A stretch of 64,000 nt of DNA, taken from the NCBI GenBank assembly GCA_002722955.1, contig PBMZ01000076.1, positions 11,132 through 75,131 on the forward strand, read 5' to 3'. Origin of the DNA: Planctomycetaceae bacterium (GTDB lineage: Bacteria; Planctomycetota; Planctomycetia; Planctomycetales; Planctomycetaceae). The translations under genes and the position numbers were made by a program. Positions within the stretch are counted from its first letter, which is position 1. The number at the start of each line of letters is the position of its first letter. A model generated the notes under the pieces. The model was given only the letters and a program-made list of their open reading frames with translations, was not told the DNA's origin and ran no database searches. Below, piece after piece: positions 27,701 through 30,700 of the stretch.

Positions 27701-30700
27701 TTCGTGGTCGTACCCCCCGACAAGTCCACGCTCGTCACGCCCGTGCTCAAGTCAACGTCGCCGCCGTTCGCCAACAGATCGACGCCGGCACCCAAATCGA
27801 CTTCGGTGTTGACGTTCGAAATTGTGATGCCAGCGGCGCTGGTCACGTCGCCGGTCAAGTTGACTTGGTTGATCTCATCGATCGAAACCGATGTGTCTGA
27901 GCTGGTGACTGCTACCAAGTTTGCTGTGTCGTTGTCATTTCCAGTACTGCCCGCAATTGAGACTCCACCGGCATCCAACGTGCCCGCATTCAACGTGCCG
28001 CCGTCACCTTCCCCATTGAAGCTAACACTCAAGTCACCATCGGTCCCAGCCGCACCCGTGCCGCCAAGATCAACAGTGCCGAGCGTGACATCGTCATCAC
28101 CGGAAACCGTCAGGTTGGCATTGTCGGCGGAAGCCGTCACATTGGCCAAGCTAATATCGGCCGCATTGCCACCATCCGTGGACGAAATCATGTTCGTCCC
28201 TGTACCAGATAAGTTAATGGCCGAGACATTCGTAGTCGCCGAAACGCCACCGTTTTGCGCTGTCAAATCAACATTTGCTGCCAAATCGACACCACCGGCT
28301 GCGTTCTGTAGCGTGATGCTGGTTCCGGCAGTGACGTCGGCGTCCAAATCGATATCGTCATTGGCGCCATTATCGCCCGCTCCACCGGACAGGGTGAGAG
28401 ACGTACCGGCGTTCAAACCGGAGGCAGTCAATGTCGCTGTACCGTCGGCGTCCGAATCCGCGGTTACCGAGATTGCGCCGCCAACCGTGGCAGTGGTGAT
28501 GTTCACGTTGCCTTCAGAATCAACCGTCAGCGAGTCGTCATTACCCGGATCGGTGACCGTGCCCAGCGTGACATCTGCATCGGCATTACTTTCCACCGTC
28601 ACTGTGTTGCCACCGGCTTCCAGTTCCACATTGCCTGTGATCGAAGCCGCACCGGCTGTTGCGTTGTACGTCGTTCCATTTAAATTCGTGACAGTGCCTG
28701 AATCGACATCAATCGTGCCTGCTTGAACGTTTTGCAGGTTCACCGTCGCGCCATCGATCGTCAAGGCTTCCAAGTCCTGGCCGCCACCAACACTCTGCGC
28801 GCCAGCTTGTCCTTCAACATCACTCTGCAAGTCAACCGTGCCACCGGTACCGCCATTGATCGTCAAGTTATCCGTACCGGCCGCGTTGGCACCATCAATC
28901 TCGTCACGAATTGTGACATTGGCACCTGCCGCACTACCGCCACCATCGGTGGTGTCGAGAGTGCGATCTCCGTTAACCAACACTGTGTCGTTGATCGTGA
29001 TCGAATTGCCTTGAGTGACTATGTCGGCGTTCAAGGTCGTCGTGTTGCCGTCTCCGTTGACTGTGATCGAGGCGTTGTCGTTACCGGTAAGTTGCCCATC
29101 GATGACTACGTCGCCGCCGCCTGCTCGCAAGATCACGGGATCAACAAACGTGACGGCGTTGGCAGTGATCTGCCCCGTCTGATTCGCTCCACTTCGACCG
29201 ATCGAAATCGTGTCGAAATCGTCATTTTGCAAGTTATCGATATCCGCTTGAGAAAGCGTGAACGTTCCTGCAGCCCCCGCCAGTCCGATCGTGTCGGTAT
29301 TGTCATTCGGTTGTAAAACGATATCCGCGTTCTCAGCCGCCGCGGAAATGTTACCCGTGATGTTGATGTCATCGGCGGTGAACGTCGCCGTGCCACCACT
29401 GATGGTTGAGAGTCCCAGTGTTAGCAAGTCGATGTCGTTGATGTCGATGTTATTGGCCGCGCCTGAGTTCGTGATCATCAGGGCATCGCCGGTGTCGTCG
29501 TCGTCAAAGTCGTTGTTGGCATTATCAAGTGCTATGGAAGCATTTCCTGCGTCCAAAGTCGTTGTCCCAGCAACACTGAGCACTCCAGCTCCAGAATCAA
29601 CGATCATGCCGCCAGTCCCAAGACCGGTCGTATTTGTGTCAACGCTCAAGTTGCCACCAATGGTGGCCGTACCTGTGAAGTCCACAGAGTCGTTGTTCGC
29701 CACCAGGTTGCTCATGTTGGCATTGGCGGTGAAGTTAGCCGTAGTCGTCACCGTGTCGAACGTGATTCCATTGGCATCAGTAATCACGCCAGTTGCCGTA
29801 TCCGTTACGGAGACGGCACCTTGAAAGTCATTATTGATCGAGTCAATCGTGACGTTGTTTGTGTTGGCGTCAAACGATGCAGTTCCCGAAACAGTGAGCG
29901 TTCCGCTGTCCGTGACGTTGCCATCAGAGTCGAGAACCAAGTTCCCGACAGTTGTGTTACCACTGAAATCAGTACCATCGTTTTCAGTAATGCTTGCTGT
30001 TCCAGCCGTTGTCAGCGTGATGCTGGCTGCCATGAAGTTATCGCCAGCTTGATCGCCCAACGTGATGTCACCCGTCGCGGTCAAGACAGCCGTATTGTCC
30101 GCTTGGAAATCAGATGTGGCCGCATCCGTAATGGTTGCCGTACTCATCAAGGTGATGGTTGTTCCGAGCGCCCCATCGAGAACCATATCGCCTATTTCGG
30201 TGATGTTGATGGCACCACCGTCAAAGGTCAATGTGCCGAACATGTTGGTTCCATCCAACGTAATGTTCGAGCTGTCGTTCGAAATAAATCGCGCATTATT
30301 GGTGACGGTGATTGATGCGCCATTGGCGTCAGTGATCGTTCCCGTAGCGCGCAAGTCAAGGTCTGTGGCTACATTCGTTCCTGTTAGCACCATTGCATTG
30401 TCTTGAACAATGGTGGCAACGCCCGAATTAAAGTTCAAAGCGCCAAACATTACCGTATCCGTGGGCAATTCACCCATGATGACAGACGCACCTTCAAAGC
30501 TGGCCGTGCCGCCAACTGAGGTCGACACACCATTCGGGTCGGTCACCGCGGCAACGGCATCCACGGTCAAGTCGCCGTCGATTGTTGAGCTTCCGATTTC
30601 GATACTGTTGGCGTCGTCAAGTGTAACATTGTCGGCGCTCGTAACGACGACAGTCGTGAAGTCGTTTCCTGCATCATCCAATGTGATATCATTTGTGCTA